From positions 16,821 to 74,825 of the forward strand of contig CAZZGG010000001.1 in assembly GCA_964654125.1 (NCBI GenBank): a stretch of 58,005 nucleotides of DNA, written 5' to 3'. The notes beneath the pieces were generated by a model. The model saw only the letters and a list, made by a program, of their open reading frames with translations. It did not search any database and was not told where the DNA came from. Shown here in pieces: positions 28,307-37,053 of the stretch. A program made the position numbers and the translations under genes. Source of the stretch: an uncultured Oscillospiraceae bacterium. Lineage in GTDB: Bacteria > Bacillota > Clostridia > Saccharofermentanales > UBA5734. Positions within the stretch are counted from its first letter, which is position 1. Each line of letters opens with the position of its first letter.

Positions 28307-29776
28307 CTAATCTTCCTGATAGGACCTGGCTGGATAGGTCTGGCTGCGGCTGGCATAAAGGCCGGCCCGGCCCAACTGGCCCAGACCAGTCACTGCTTCT
28401 TTACTGCCATCCAGGTCTGGGTTGACATAGCGGCGGTACCACAGTTCCAACTCGCGGCGCATTAAGACCAGCCTTGCTTCAGACTCAGGCTGGCTGGCCA
28501 GATTATTTTTTTCGCCGGGATCCTGGACCAGATCATAGAGCTCATGCGGGCCATAGGGGTAGCGGTGAATATACTTGTGCGTGGCTGTGCGCAGCATCCG
28601 GACGGGGCCGTACTCCTCACAGATGACAAGAGGCCGCTCGCTGCCAGTAGACTGGCCAGCCAGCAGGGGCAGCAGGCTCTGGCCGGGCAGGATAGAGGTG
28701 CCCGGCTCATCAATCCCGGCCAGCTCCAGGATAGTCGGGTAGATATCCAGGGCGCTGGCCAGCTCCTGATAGACTTTGCCCTTGTTTTTGGTCAGGGGCG
28801 GATAAGAGAAAATAAAAGGCACCTTGACAGATTCTTCATACATATTTTGCGGGAAGGTGCCATTGCCCTTGCCCCAGACGCCGTGCTGGCCCATGCACAT
28901 GCCGTTATCTGACATGAAGATAACAACAGTGTTGTCAGCCAGGTCATGTTCTACTAAAGCATCCAACAGGCGGCCGACTGCTGCATCCATGGCAGTGATG
29001 GCAGCATAATAGCCGCGCAGATTGATCTTGCGCCTGTCAGTTCCATAGACAGGACCGGTTGTCAGGTTGGGGTGGTCCGGCAGATCAGGCAAGTCGCCAA
29101 AAAGGCAGTCCTCATACATGCTGATGTATTCTGCTGGGTGGTGCTGGGCCTCCCAGGGTGAGTGCGGTGCGGTATAGTTGACGCTGAGATAAAAGGGCTG
29201 GTCACTGGCAGCCAGCTCTGGTAGCCAGGCCAGGGCTTTTTCGGTGAATAAATCAGTCAGATAGCCCTGCTCGATGCGGATCTGGCCGTCTTCCACGATA
29301 TCCGGCTCATAATAATAAGCCCCGCCCTTGCCGATGGTATACCAGCGGCTAAAGCCGTGCTGGGGAGTCAGGCTGTCACCCAGATGCCATTTGCCGCTTA
29401 AGGCGCAGCTGTAACCTGCCTCGACCAGGGCATCCGTATAGGTGCGCAGACCGGACAGGTACTGGATCGGTTGATGCTCATCAACATAACCGCCATAGGG
29501 GTTTATGAGGCCCAGGCGCTCAACCATGGCTTTGTCGACATTACCACTGCGCAGCCAGTCATGCACGCCATGGGCTGAGGGGATCTGGCCGGTCAGGATA
29601 GAAGCCCGGGCCGGTGAGCAGACAGGGGAGGCACAAAAGAAGTTGCTAAGGCGCGCCCCGCCGGCAGCCAGCCTGTCCAGGTTGGGTGTCTGCAGTTCCC
29701 TGGCGCCGGCACAGTGCAAGGCCCAGGGGCCCTGATCATCGGTCAGGATAAAAAGAAAATTAGGTTTTTTTGCCAT
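28307..29776 (-). CDS. Cys-type sulfatase (arylsulfatase family), apparently cytoplasmic
   Basis: 489 aa. FLFILTDDQG at the extreme N-terminus with no signal peptide. Formylglycine motif CSPARASILTG. Confidence 0.9.
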   Translation of the reverse strand: MAKKPNFLFILTDDQGPWALHCAGARELQTPNLDRLAAGGARLSNFFCASPVCSPARASILTGQIPSAHGVHDWLRSGNVDKAMVERLGLINPYGGYVDEHQPIQYLSGLRTYTDALVEAGYSCALSGKWHLGDSLTPQHGFSRWYTIGKGGAYYYEPDIVEDGQIRIEQGYLTDLFTEKALAWLPELAASDQPFYLSVNYTAPHSPWEAQHHPAEYISMYEDCLFGDLPDLPDHPNLTTGPVYGTDRRKINLRGYYAAITAMDAAVGRLLDALVEHDLADNTVVIFMSDNGMCMGQHGVWGKGNGTFPQNMYEESVKVPFIFSYPPLTKNKGKVYQELASALDIYPTILELAGIDEPGTSILPGQSLLPLLAGQSTGSERPLVICEEYGPVRMLRTATHKYIHRYPYGPHELYDLVQDPGEKNNLASQPESEARLVLMRRELELWYRRYVNPDLDGSKEAVTGLGQLGRAGLYASRSQTYPARSYQED

Positions 29777-30115
29777 AAAGACCTCCTTGTGTAAGGGTCT
29801 GCCGAGCTTTAATTTGCCCTGGTAATAATCCTAACAGTGCTTGTAAGTAATTGTGCTGTGCCTTGGCTGTTTTGTCAATCATGCACAAGCTGGCTAGATT
29901 TTTGCTGGTAAATATCATTGATCTAGCTAGAAAAATAGCTGTGTCTATGCAGCGGCGTCCATCATCTAACTTTATACTCACTAGGGCCAGCTGCTTCTCT
30001 TTCCATCCTAGTAAAAGCCTAGGCTCTGGCCAATTATGCCCTACTATGATATAAGATTTAAGTTATAGCAGGTAAGGCTTCTTATACTGCAAATAAAAGG
30101 AAAGCAGGAAATAAA

Positions 30116-31336
30116 ATGCTAAAGCCAGATGTTGACTTTGCTGTCTACCGGCAGCACAATCCGACCCAGGATGGTTATTTCGGAAGCTATGGCGGTGCTT
30201 ATATCCCGCCCCAGTTAACGGCTGAGTTTGAGCGCATCCATATTGCCTATAAGACAATTTGCCAGAGCTCGAAATTTATCAGCGAGCTGCGCCGGATCAG
30301 GAGTGAGTTCCAGGGCCGGCCCACACCTACCTACCACTGTGAACGCCTGTCCAACAAGACAGGCTACTGCCAGATTTATTTAAAAAGAGAAGACTTGAAC
30401 CACACTGGAGCCCACAAGCTGAACCACTGCATGGGTGAAGGCCTGCTGGCCAAGTATCTGGGCAAGAAAAAGATTATTGCCGAGACCGGCGCAGGCCAGC
30501 ATGGCGTGGCGCTGGCCACAGCAGCTGCCTTTTATGGTCTGGAATGTGATATCTATATGGGTGAGGTCGATATTGCCAAGCAGGCACCCAATGTGGCCCG
30601 CATGCGCCTTTTAGGCGCCCGGGTTGTACCTGTATCGCATGGTCTGAAGACCCTTAAAGAGGCGGTTGATGCGGCCTTTGATGCCTATATGCAAGAATAT
30701 GAAGATGCCATCTATTGCATCGGCTCTGTGGTCGGTCCCCATCCCTTCCCCCTGATGGTACGTGACTTCCAGATGGTGGTCGGGATTGAGGCCAGGGAGC
30801 AGTTCCAGGCCATGACCGGTAATATGCCTGACTATGTGGTGGCCTGTGTGGGCGGCGGCTCCAATGCTGCCGGTATGTTTACCCCCTTTCTCAATGATCC
30901 GGTCCAGCTGGTCGGAGTGGAGCCACTCGGCAAGGGTCCGGCGGTCGGTGACCATGCGGCCAGCCTGACCTATGGCACAGCAGGGATCATGCACGGCTTT
31001 AAGTCAATTATGCTGCAAAACGAAAAGGGTGAACCGGACCCGGTTTATTCCATAGCCAGCGGTCTGGACTATCCTTCGGTTGGGCCAGAGCACGCCTTCT
31101 GGCGCGACAGTGGCCGGGTCAGCTATGCCACTGTGACAGATGCTGAAGCAGTCGATGCTTTTTTTGAACTGTCCCGCTTAGAAGGAATCATTCCAGCCTT
31201 GGAAAGTGCTCATGCTGTGGCCTATGCTATCCGCCTGGCCGGCCAGCTGGAGTCAGGTTCCATCCTGGTAAACTGTTCCGGCCGGGGCGATAAAGACCTC
31301 GACTATGTCCTGGAAAAATACGGTGACCGGCTCTAA
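30116..31336 (+). CDS. trpB: Tryptophan synthase beta chain
   Basis: 406 aa. [30 protein letters not shown] (PLP lysine), [15 protein letters not shown] and GGGSNAAG. Very close to the canonical TrpB1 pattern. Confidence 0.85.
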   Translation: MLKPDVDFAVYRQHNPTQDGYFGSYGGAYIPPQLTAEFERIHIAYKTICQSSKFISELRRIRSEFQGRPTPTYHCERLSNKTGYCQIYLKREDLNHTGAHKLNHCMGEGLLAKYLGKKKIIAETGAGQHGVALATAAAFYGLECDIYMGEVDIAKQAPNVARMRLLGARVVPVSHGLKTLKEAVDAAFDAYMQEYEDAIYCIGSVVGPHPFPLMVRDFQMVVGIEAREQFQAMTGNMPDYVVACVGGGSNAAGMFTPFLNDPVQLVGVEPLGKGPAVGDHAASLTYGTAGIMHGFKSIMLQNEKGEPDPVYSIASGLDYPSVGPEHAFWRDSGRVSYATVTDAEAVDAFFELSRLEGIIPALESAHAVAYAIRLAGQLESGSILVNCSGRGDKDLDYVLEKYGDRL

Positions 31337-31338
31337 AG

Positions 31339-32937
31339 TCATGGGAGCTGCTCAACTGCGGCCCGCTCAATCGCCAGGCCAGCCTGGTAACGGGCCAGGT
31401 ATTCATTAAAACCAGCCAGATCGGCCGGGTCAGGATCAATGACCTGGCCGGTTTTTTGGTTAAAAACCCTCTGAGATAGAAAACTGGCTAGACTTTGACC
31501 TTGGCCATGGTCCAGGAAGGCTGCCAGCAGGGCTATGCCCCAGGCACCGCCTTCGGCCGCAGTTTCCATGACAGATACCGGCACACCTGTGGCAGCGGCC
31601 ATGATTTTCTGACCAACCAGTTCCGTTTTAAAAAAACCACCGTGGCCGCGCAGCTCATCAAGCTGGACTTTTTCTTTTTGAAAAAGAATATCCAGGCCGA
31701 TCCTTAAGGCTGCCAGGGCGGAGAAGAGCTGGCTGCGCATGAAATTGGCCAGGTTGAAGTTGCTGTCAGGCTGGCGTACAAAAAGCGGCCGGCCCTGCTC
31801 AAAGCCGGTGATATGTTCACCGGCCAGGTAGCCATAGGATAAAAGGCCGCCACAGGCCGGGTCGCCCTGCAGGGCCAGGCTGAGGAGATTTTCGTAGAGT
31901 TCCGATTTTTGGTACCCCCAGCCCATCTGCTCCAGGACCTGGCCGAAAAGGCCCAACCAGGCATCGTAGTCAGAAGTACAGTTATTGGAGTGGACCATGG
32001 CGACTAGATCGCCTGCCGGTGTGGTGACTAGATCGACTTCCGCATGAACAGCCTGCAACTGCTTTTCCAGAACCAGCATGGCAAAGACAGAGGTGCCAGC
32101 CGAAACATTGCCTGTTCTTACAGCCACACTGTTGGTGGCCACCATGCCGGTGCCGGCATCGCCTTCTGGTGGGCAAAGGGGAATACCGGCTTTTAGATCA
32201 CCGCTGGGATCGAGCAAGAGGGCACCAGCCTGGCTCAAGCTGCCAGCCGGTTGGCCGGCAACGAGGACCTGGGGCAGGATTTCTTTTAGCGTAAAGGGCA
32301 GGTCATGTTTTACTAGGAGCTGGTCAAAAGCTGCCAGCATGGCTTGATTATAATCTTTTAAGGTTGGATCGATCGGAAAAACACCGGATGCTTCGCCAAT
32401 GCCCAGCACTTTTTGGCCGGTCAGGCGCCAGTGCAGGTAACCGGCCAGGGTGGTCAGATGAGCGATCCGGTCCAGATGGTCTTCGCCGGCCAGCATGGCC
32501 TGGTAAAGATGGGCGATGCTCCAGCGCTGGGGGATGGGATGTCCAAATAAGTCAGCCAGCTGGCTGGCCGCAGGAGCGGTCATGTTATTGCGCCAGGTAC
32601 GGAAGGGGACCAGCAGCTGGCCCTCTTGGTCAAAAGGCAGATAGCCATGCATCATGCCACTGACGCCCAGGGCCCTGGCTGATGTGACCTGCAGGCCGTA
32701 TAGCTCCTGGACCTGATCAGCCATGGAGCGGTAACTGGCCTGCAGGCCTTGCTCCGCTTCGGCCAGGGAATAGGTCCAGATACCATCTAGCAGGCTGTTT
32801 TCCCAATCATGGCTGCCGGCAGCCAGTACATTGTAATCACTATCAATCAAGACAGTCTTGATCCTGCTTGAACCCAATTCCAGGCCCAGATAAACCTGGC
32901 CGCTGCTAATGGCCTTGATCGCTTTTTGTTTATCCAT
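31339..32937 (-). CDS. FGGY-family carbohydrate kinase (xylulokinase-like)
   Basis: 532 aa. N-terminal [16 protein letters not shown], plus GGFFKT and [14 protein letters not shown] near the C-terminus. Confidence 0.8.
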   Translation of the reverse strand: MDKQKAIKAISSGQVYLGLELGSSRIKTVLIDSDYNVLAAGSHDWENSLLDGIWTYSLAEAEQGLQASYRSMADQVQELYGLQVTSARALGVSGMMHGYLPFDQEGQLLVPFRTWRNNMTAPAASQLADLFGHPIPQRWSIAHLYQAMLAGEDHLDRIAHLTTLAGYLHWRLTGQKVLGIGEASGVFPIDPTLKDYNQAMLAAFDQLLVKHDLPFTLKEILPQVLVAGQPAGSLSQAGALLLDPSGDLKAGIPLCPPEGDAGTGMVATNSVAVRTGNVSAGTSVFAMLVLEKQLQAVHAEVDLVTTPAGDLVAMVHSNNCTSDYDAWLGLFGQVLEQMGWGYQKSELYENLLSLALQGDPACGGLLSYGYLAGEHITGFEQGRPLFVRQPDSNFNLANFMRSQLFSALAALRIGLDILFQKEKVQLDELRGHGGFFKTELVGQKIMAAATGVPVSVMETAAEGGAWGIALLAAFLDHGQGQSLASFLSQRVFNQKTGQVIDPDPADLAGFNEYLARYQAGLAIERAAVEQLP

Positions 32938-33059
32938 ACCAACCTCTTTTCCTGCCAGCGGCAGATGTTAGTGATTATTTGCAGAATTTATGGTTAGAGC
33001 ATAATTATAGCATGAAAGGCCTGGTGCGCCTGATTTAATGCCCATCAGGCTGCATATTT

Positions 33060-33068
33060 TGCTATAAT
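33060..33068 (+). promoter_or_regulatory. Candidate extended -10 promoter element (TGcTATAAT)
   Basis: TGCTATAAT at 33060-33068 overlaps the first ATG of the track ORF. If used, translation would begin at ATG 33097 (AAGGA 7 nt upstream). No good -35 element was seen. Confidence 0.35.
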
Positions 33069-33567
33069 GGGGAAAATAAAGCAAAAGGACGAGCATATGC
33101 AGCACAGTAAAGAGGCTGAACTGAAAAGGACTATCCGTAAGCTGAAAAAGGCTGAGCTGAAGATTCGCTTTGCCCAGACCGGCCTGGCCGGCAGTCCTGA
33201 TTTTCATGCTCATTTGCAACGCAAAAAACTGGTTTGGGACCGCTTTTTTGATTTAAATAACCCGGCATCAGATAGAAGCCAGGCCCGTTACAGGCTCTCT
33301 GAGCTGGCTTTGCTGGACAAGGATGCTTTAAAAGAAGTGATCGAACAGTTTTTCTGGCAGGTCTATTATCAGCTTTATCAGGAAAATGGCATTATGCATG
33401 CCAATCTATATGATCCAGCCCTGCTGGCCCAACTGGGCCTGCCGCAAAGTGCTGACGCCCAGGCTATCAAGAAACGTTTCCGTGAACTGGCTTTAAAGCA
33501 TCATCCTGATGCAGGCGGTGATGAAAACAGCTTTATTCAGCTGATGGAAGTCTACCGGCAACTGTGA
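33067..33567 (+). CDS. Small J-domain (DnaJ-like) protein
   Basis: 166 aa, or 156 aa from ATG 33097. The C-terminal ~55 aa LLAQLGLPQSADAQAIKKRFRELALKHHPDAGGDENSFIQLMEVYRQL is a J domain with an HPD motif. The basic/coiled N-terminal part is unassigned. Confidence 0.75.
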   Translation: MGKIKQKDEHMQHSKEAELKRTIRKLKKAELKIRFAQTGLAGSPDFHAHLQRKKLVWDRFFDLNNPASDRSQARYRLSELALLDKDALKEVIEQFFWQVYYQLYQENGIMHANLYDPALLAQLGLPQSADAQAIKKRFRELALKHHPDAGGDENSFIQLMEVYRQL

Positions 33568-33578
33568 GGTGAAAGACC

Positions 33579-34814
33579 ATGCCCTGGCCACAGGATAAGT
33601 TGACTGATCTTTTAGCTGAGCTGGGCCTGGCAGCCTGCCCGCCCCGCTGGCAGGAGCTGTTTGCTCCCGCCATGCAGGCTGCAGAAATTAACTCTTATCT
33701 GGTCGATGAAAGTTGGCTAAAAGATCTGATCCATGAATACAATATCCTGGCCCAGGTCTGGCCCCAGATCAGCCAGGCTGCGGCGGAGATAGCGCAAAAC
33801 AAGGCCTTGCTGGCCTATTTATTACTGCTTCAGGCAGCTCTGGCAGACCGGCAAGCCTTCTGGCAGGAAAAAGAGCTGATCCAGCTGCCCCGGCCAGACG
33901 GCCAGGCAGAGAGCCTGGGCTATGACCTTTTAGTTTTTTTCCTGGTTCCGCCCACCATAGCCGGCAGCTGGGCAGCCTGGTCTGACCAGGCTATCCCGCA
34001 TAAAATCCGCTGGGCCTCATTGCAAAGCTATGAGCAAAGCCTGCTTTTGCACAGAAGGCGGGAAGGTAAATGGGGTTACAGCCTGGGTGACCTGAGCTGG
34101 AACCTGGGCTTTGCTGATGGCCTGACTTTACGGATCGGCCGCCTGAATATGCAAAAGGGCCAACATTTTGCCGGGCATATCAAAGTCTATGCGGATGGCA
34201 GTGGCCGCCTGGTCACCCTGGCCCATGGCCTGCGCCTGCATCAAAGCGGCTTTGCCCTGGGCAGCCCCGGCTTGACTGATGAAACCGGCAGCTGGCTGCC
34301 CCTGGTGGAAGAAGACAGCAGCACCATCCGGGGCTACCCTGTCCTGCCCGATGGCCGGGCCGGGCAGACAACCATCAGCCTGGCCCGCGACCAGTGGCAG
34401 CTGGTACTGGAAAAAGGCGATCCTGTCATCAATGTCCATATTCCGCCGGATGAGCCCTTGAGCCCGGCCCTGTGCGCTGAGTCCTACCGCCAGACAATTG
34501 AGCTTTACCGGACTTGTTTTCCCGACTTTAAAGCCAAAGCTTTTTCCTGCCACTCCTGGCTGATGGACCCGCAGCTGGCCCTGCTCCTGCCTGAATCAGC
34601 CAACATTGTCAGATTCATGCGCCAGTACACCATCTTCCCGGCAGTCAGCAACGGCCAGGCGGTTTTCCGCTTTGTTTTTGAAAAGGACCAGCCCGATCTC
34701 AGACAGCTACCGGAAAGCACCAGCTTGGAGCGTGCCCTCAAGCAGCACTATCTGGCCGGCCGTTATATTTATCAGCCGGGCGGTTATTTTATGATTCCCG
34801 ACCAGGCTGACTAG
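33579..34814 (+). CDS. Hypothetical protein; possibly NAT_N/GNAT_C-type acyltransferase-like
   Basis: 411 aa with GAGGTGA RBS, 11 bp after the J-domain gene. The C-terminal block VINVHIPPDEPLSPALCAESYRQTIELYRTCFPDFKAKAFSCHSWLMDPQL resembles, from memory, the GNAT-like C-terminal domain family. This is unverified. Gene reality is high; functional confidence is low. Confidence 0.45.
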   Translation: MPWPQDKLTDLLAELGLAACPPRWQELFAPAMQAAEINSYLVDESWLKDLIHEYNILAQVWPQISQAAAEIAQNKALLAYLLLLQAALADRQAFWQEKELIQLPRPDGQAESLGYDLLVFFLVPPTIAGSWAAWSDQAIPHKIRWASLQSYEQSLLLHRRREGKWGYSLGDLSWNLGFADGLTLRIGRLNMQKGQHFAGHIKVYADGSGRLVTLAHGLRLHQSGFALGSPGLTDETGSWLPLVEEDSSTIRGYPVLPDGRAGQTTISLARDQWQLVLEKGDPVINVHIPPDEPLSPALCAESYRQTIELYRTCFPDFKAKAFSCHSWLMDPQLALLLPESANIVRFMRQYTIFPAVSNGQAVFRFVFEKDQPDLRQLPESTSLERALKQHYLAGRYIYQPGGYFMIPDQAD

Positions 34815-34829
34815 AAAGAAGGAAAAATA

Positions 34830-35873
34830 ATGCGAAAAAAACCAACTGAAACCAACCTGCGCCGCCTCTATGAAGCAGCCCTGGCCTTTAAAGCAGCTAA
34901 ACTTTGGGAAGTGTTTGATGACACCAACCTGATTGGCGTAGAAAATCCAGCCACAGGCGAAATGGGCTACTGTACCATTTTAGGAAAAATGGACAATGTC
35001 TATGGCCTGGATGTTTTTTTAGGCGACAAAGGCCTGGCCGGCTTTTTTGACTTCGTGCAGGAGGATCTGGCCATTCACGAAATATTCGACCGCAAAAACA
35101 GCCTGACCTGCATCTTTGTCGACAGACATGAGCTGGAAGAAGAGGACCTGGCAGATAATAAAAGACTGGGCTTTGCTGCGCGCGGGCAAGATGCCTGGAT
35201 CCAGCTGCGCCGCTATGAGCCCGGCTATATACCCTGGTTTATAAGTGATGAGGAATGTGTCTTTTTAGGCCTGGCCTTGGAGCAGGTCCTGCTGGCCGGC
35301 CAGGAGATGATTGTGCAAGAAATTGATCTAGCTCATGATGAGGAGCGCTTTTTCACCAGATACCTGGTCAATGGCAGCTGGCAAAGTGAGATCAGGACAA
35401 TCTGCCAGGTTGATCTAGCTTATGAACAAGTCGGTTTTACCAATGAACTGGCTATCCAGCGCCTCAAACAAGGCGGCATTGCACCTGACATGTCCTGGCA
35501 GATCGATACCCCCCTGCTATTTAATCCAATCCAGGAAAATGAAGGGGACAGGCCGATCTTGCCCAGGCTGCTCCTGCTCATGGATGAAAACGAGGGCGCT
35601 GTGGTCGATGCCAGCATCTTTGACCAGGCTGAGGCTGATCTGGCAGAAATGGTTTTTGCGACAATTTTCCGTTTAGCAGAAGAGTCACCCCCCTTACCGG
35701 GGCGACTGGTCTGTAGGGATCTGGATCTTTTTGGCGTCTTGGATGATTTTTGTCAAAAAGTCGGTATTGAGCTGGTTTTGACGGACCGACTGGACCTGGT
35801 TAATTTCTTCATGGAAGGGCTGGCAGAAAGGGAGTTTTCTGATGAAGATGAAGATGAATATGAATATGAATAA
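34830..35873 (+). CDS. Hypothetical protein, paralogue A (acidic C-terminal tail)
   Basis: 347 aa. Full-length homology to the next gene (LRRLYEAALAFKAA, GYC.I.G, EPGY, ECVF..LALEQV, DFCQK.GIELVL..RLDLV). Ends in SDEDEDEYEYE. Confidence 0.8.
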   Translation: MRKKPTETNLRRLYEAALAFKAAKLWEVFDDTNLIGVENPATGEMGYCTILGKMDNVYGLDVFLGDKGLAGFFDFVQEDLAIHEIFDRKNSLTCIFVDRHELEEEDLADNKRLGFAARGQDAWIQLRRYEPGYIPWFISDEECVFLGLALEQVLLAGQEMIVQEIDLAHDEERFFTRYLVNGSWQSEIRTICQVDLAYEQVGFTNELAIQRLKQGGIAPDMSWQIDTPLLFNPIQENEGDRPILPRLLLLMDENEGAVVDASIFDQAEADLAEMVFATIFRLAEESPPLPGRLVCRDLDLFGVLDDFCQKVGIELVLTDRLDLVNFFMEGLAEREFSDEDEDEYEYE

Positions 35874-36906
35874 GTCTAGTAATATTAAGCGAGAAAATCC
35901 CAGTGATGGGCAGCTGCGCCGTTTATATGAAGCGGCCCTAGCTTTTAAAGCAGCAGAGCTTTGGCGGGACATGCATGATCTGGATCTGATTTGTGTTGCT
36001 GATCCGGTTACAGGCGAGCTAGGCTATTGTTCTATCCAAGGCTGGGATGAGGAAAACTTTGGTCTGGATGTTTATTTAGGAGACGCGGGATTGTATGGCT
36101 TTACCTGTATAGAAACAGAAGGCCATGAGCTGCGCCTGGATGAAATGATTGCTCTGCAAGATTGCCTGAGCTGTTCTTTTGTTGACAGGCAGGAGCTGGA
36201 AAAAGCAGAGTGGGAGGAAACCAAGCGGCTGGGTTTTTCTTTTCGGGGCACCAAGCAATGGATTAAATTTGACCGGGTTGAACCGGGTTATTCGGACTGG
36301 AGCTTAAGTGCCCAAGAGTGTGTCTTTATGACCCTGGCCCTGGAACAGGTTATCTTCGCTGCCCGGGAATATTTGCAGCAGCAGCTTGATCAGACTGAAA
36401 ATCATCAACTTTTTCTAGTGCGCCGCCTGATTGACGGCAACTGGCAAGGCAAAATTGAAGAGCTGGATACGCAAGTGCCAGACTGGGCCAAAGTGGTCTT
36501 TAACGATGAATTGGCGGCCAGACGCATGCGCCAGGCAGGCTGTAACAAGAACCTGGCCTGCCAGATCGATATACCGCTGCTGCTTAGGTTCATCAAGACT
36601 AGTCCAGGTGCCAGACCAATTTACCCCAGGGTGTTTTTACTTATAGATATGGCAACAGGTACACCTTTGACGGGTGAGATTTACGATTGGACCGAACAGG
36701 ATCTGGCTGAATTTGCCTTTTCCAGCTTGCGCCGCTTGCAAGAAAAGGGCAGCCTGCCCTGCCGGCTTTACTGCGCCAACCTTGAACTGTTTTTTGTTCT
36801 GGCTGATTTTTGTCAAAAGACGGGCATAGAGCTGGTGCTTTGCGAAAGATTGGACCTGGTTGACAATTTCATGAATACTGTCAATGAAGATATTCTAGCT
36901 GAATGA
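35842..36906 (+). CDS. Hypothetical protein, paralogue B
   Basis: 354 aa. AAGGGAG RBS 7 nt upstream of ATG 35842. Overlaps paralogue A by 32 bp in the +1 frame. An alternative start at 35866 would give an ATGAATAA start/stop overlap. Confidence 0.8.
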   Translation: MKMKMNMNMNKSSNIKRENPSDGQLRRLYEAALAFKAAELWRDMHDLDLICVADPVTGELGYCSIQGWDEENFGLDVYLGDAGLYGFTCIETEGHELRLDEMIALQDCLSCSFVDRQELEKAEWEETKRLGFSFRGTKQWIKFDRVEPGYSDWSLSAQECVFMTLALEQVIFAAREYLQQQLDQTENHQLFLVRRLIDGNWQGKIEELDTQVPDWAKVVFNDELAARRMRQAGCNKNLACQIDIPLLLRFIKTSPGARPIYPRVFLLIDMATGTPLTGEIYDWTEQDLAEFAFSSLRRLQEKGSLPCRLYCANLELFFVLADFCQKTGIELVLCERLDLVDNFMNTVNEDILAE

Positions 36907-37053
36907 GTTGGATCAGCTGCTTTTTTGCTAAAAAGCTAGTTTTGGTATCATTTTAAAAAACATGAGTTTTAGTAGAAATTGATCTAACTGCTGCTGAACC
37001 GACTAGGATATTTTGTTATTCATAGTATTACGAAATAATGACTGCAGCTTCAA

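Noticed and set aside
29777-30115. Possible T-box, TRAP site or riboswitch leader upstream of trpB
   Set aside because: I found no T-box core (…GGTGGnACC…), no specifier/AG-bay pattern, no (G/U)AG triplet array and no terminator/antiterminator pair. Only a weak 7-bp inverted repeat is present (29893-29899 with 29921-29927). The two small ORFs here lack RBSs.
36919-36943. Hairpin GCTTTTT-TGCT-AAAAAGC followed by TAGTTTT after paralogue B, considered as a terminator
   Set aside because: The stem is only 7 bp and almost entirely A/T. It is too weak to call a terminator, although termination somewhere in this 147-bp AT-rich spacer is likely.
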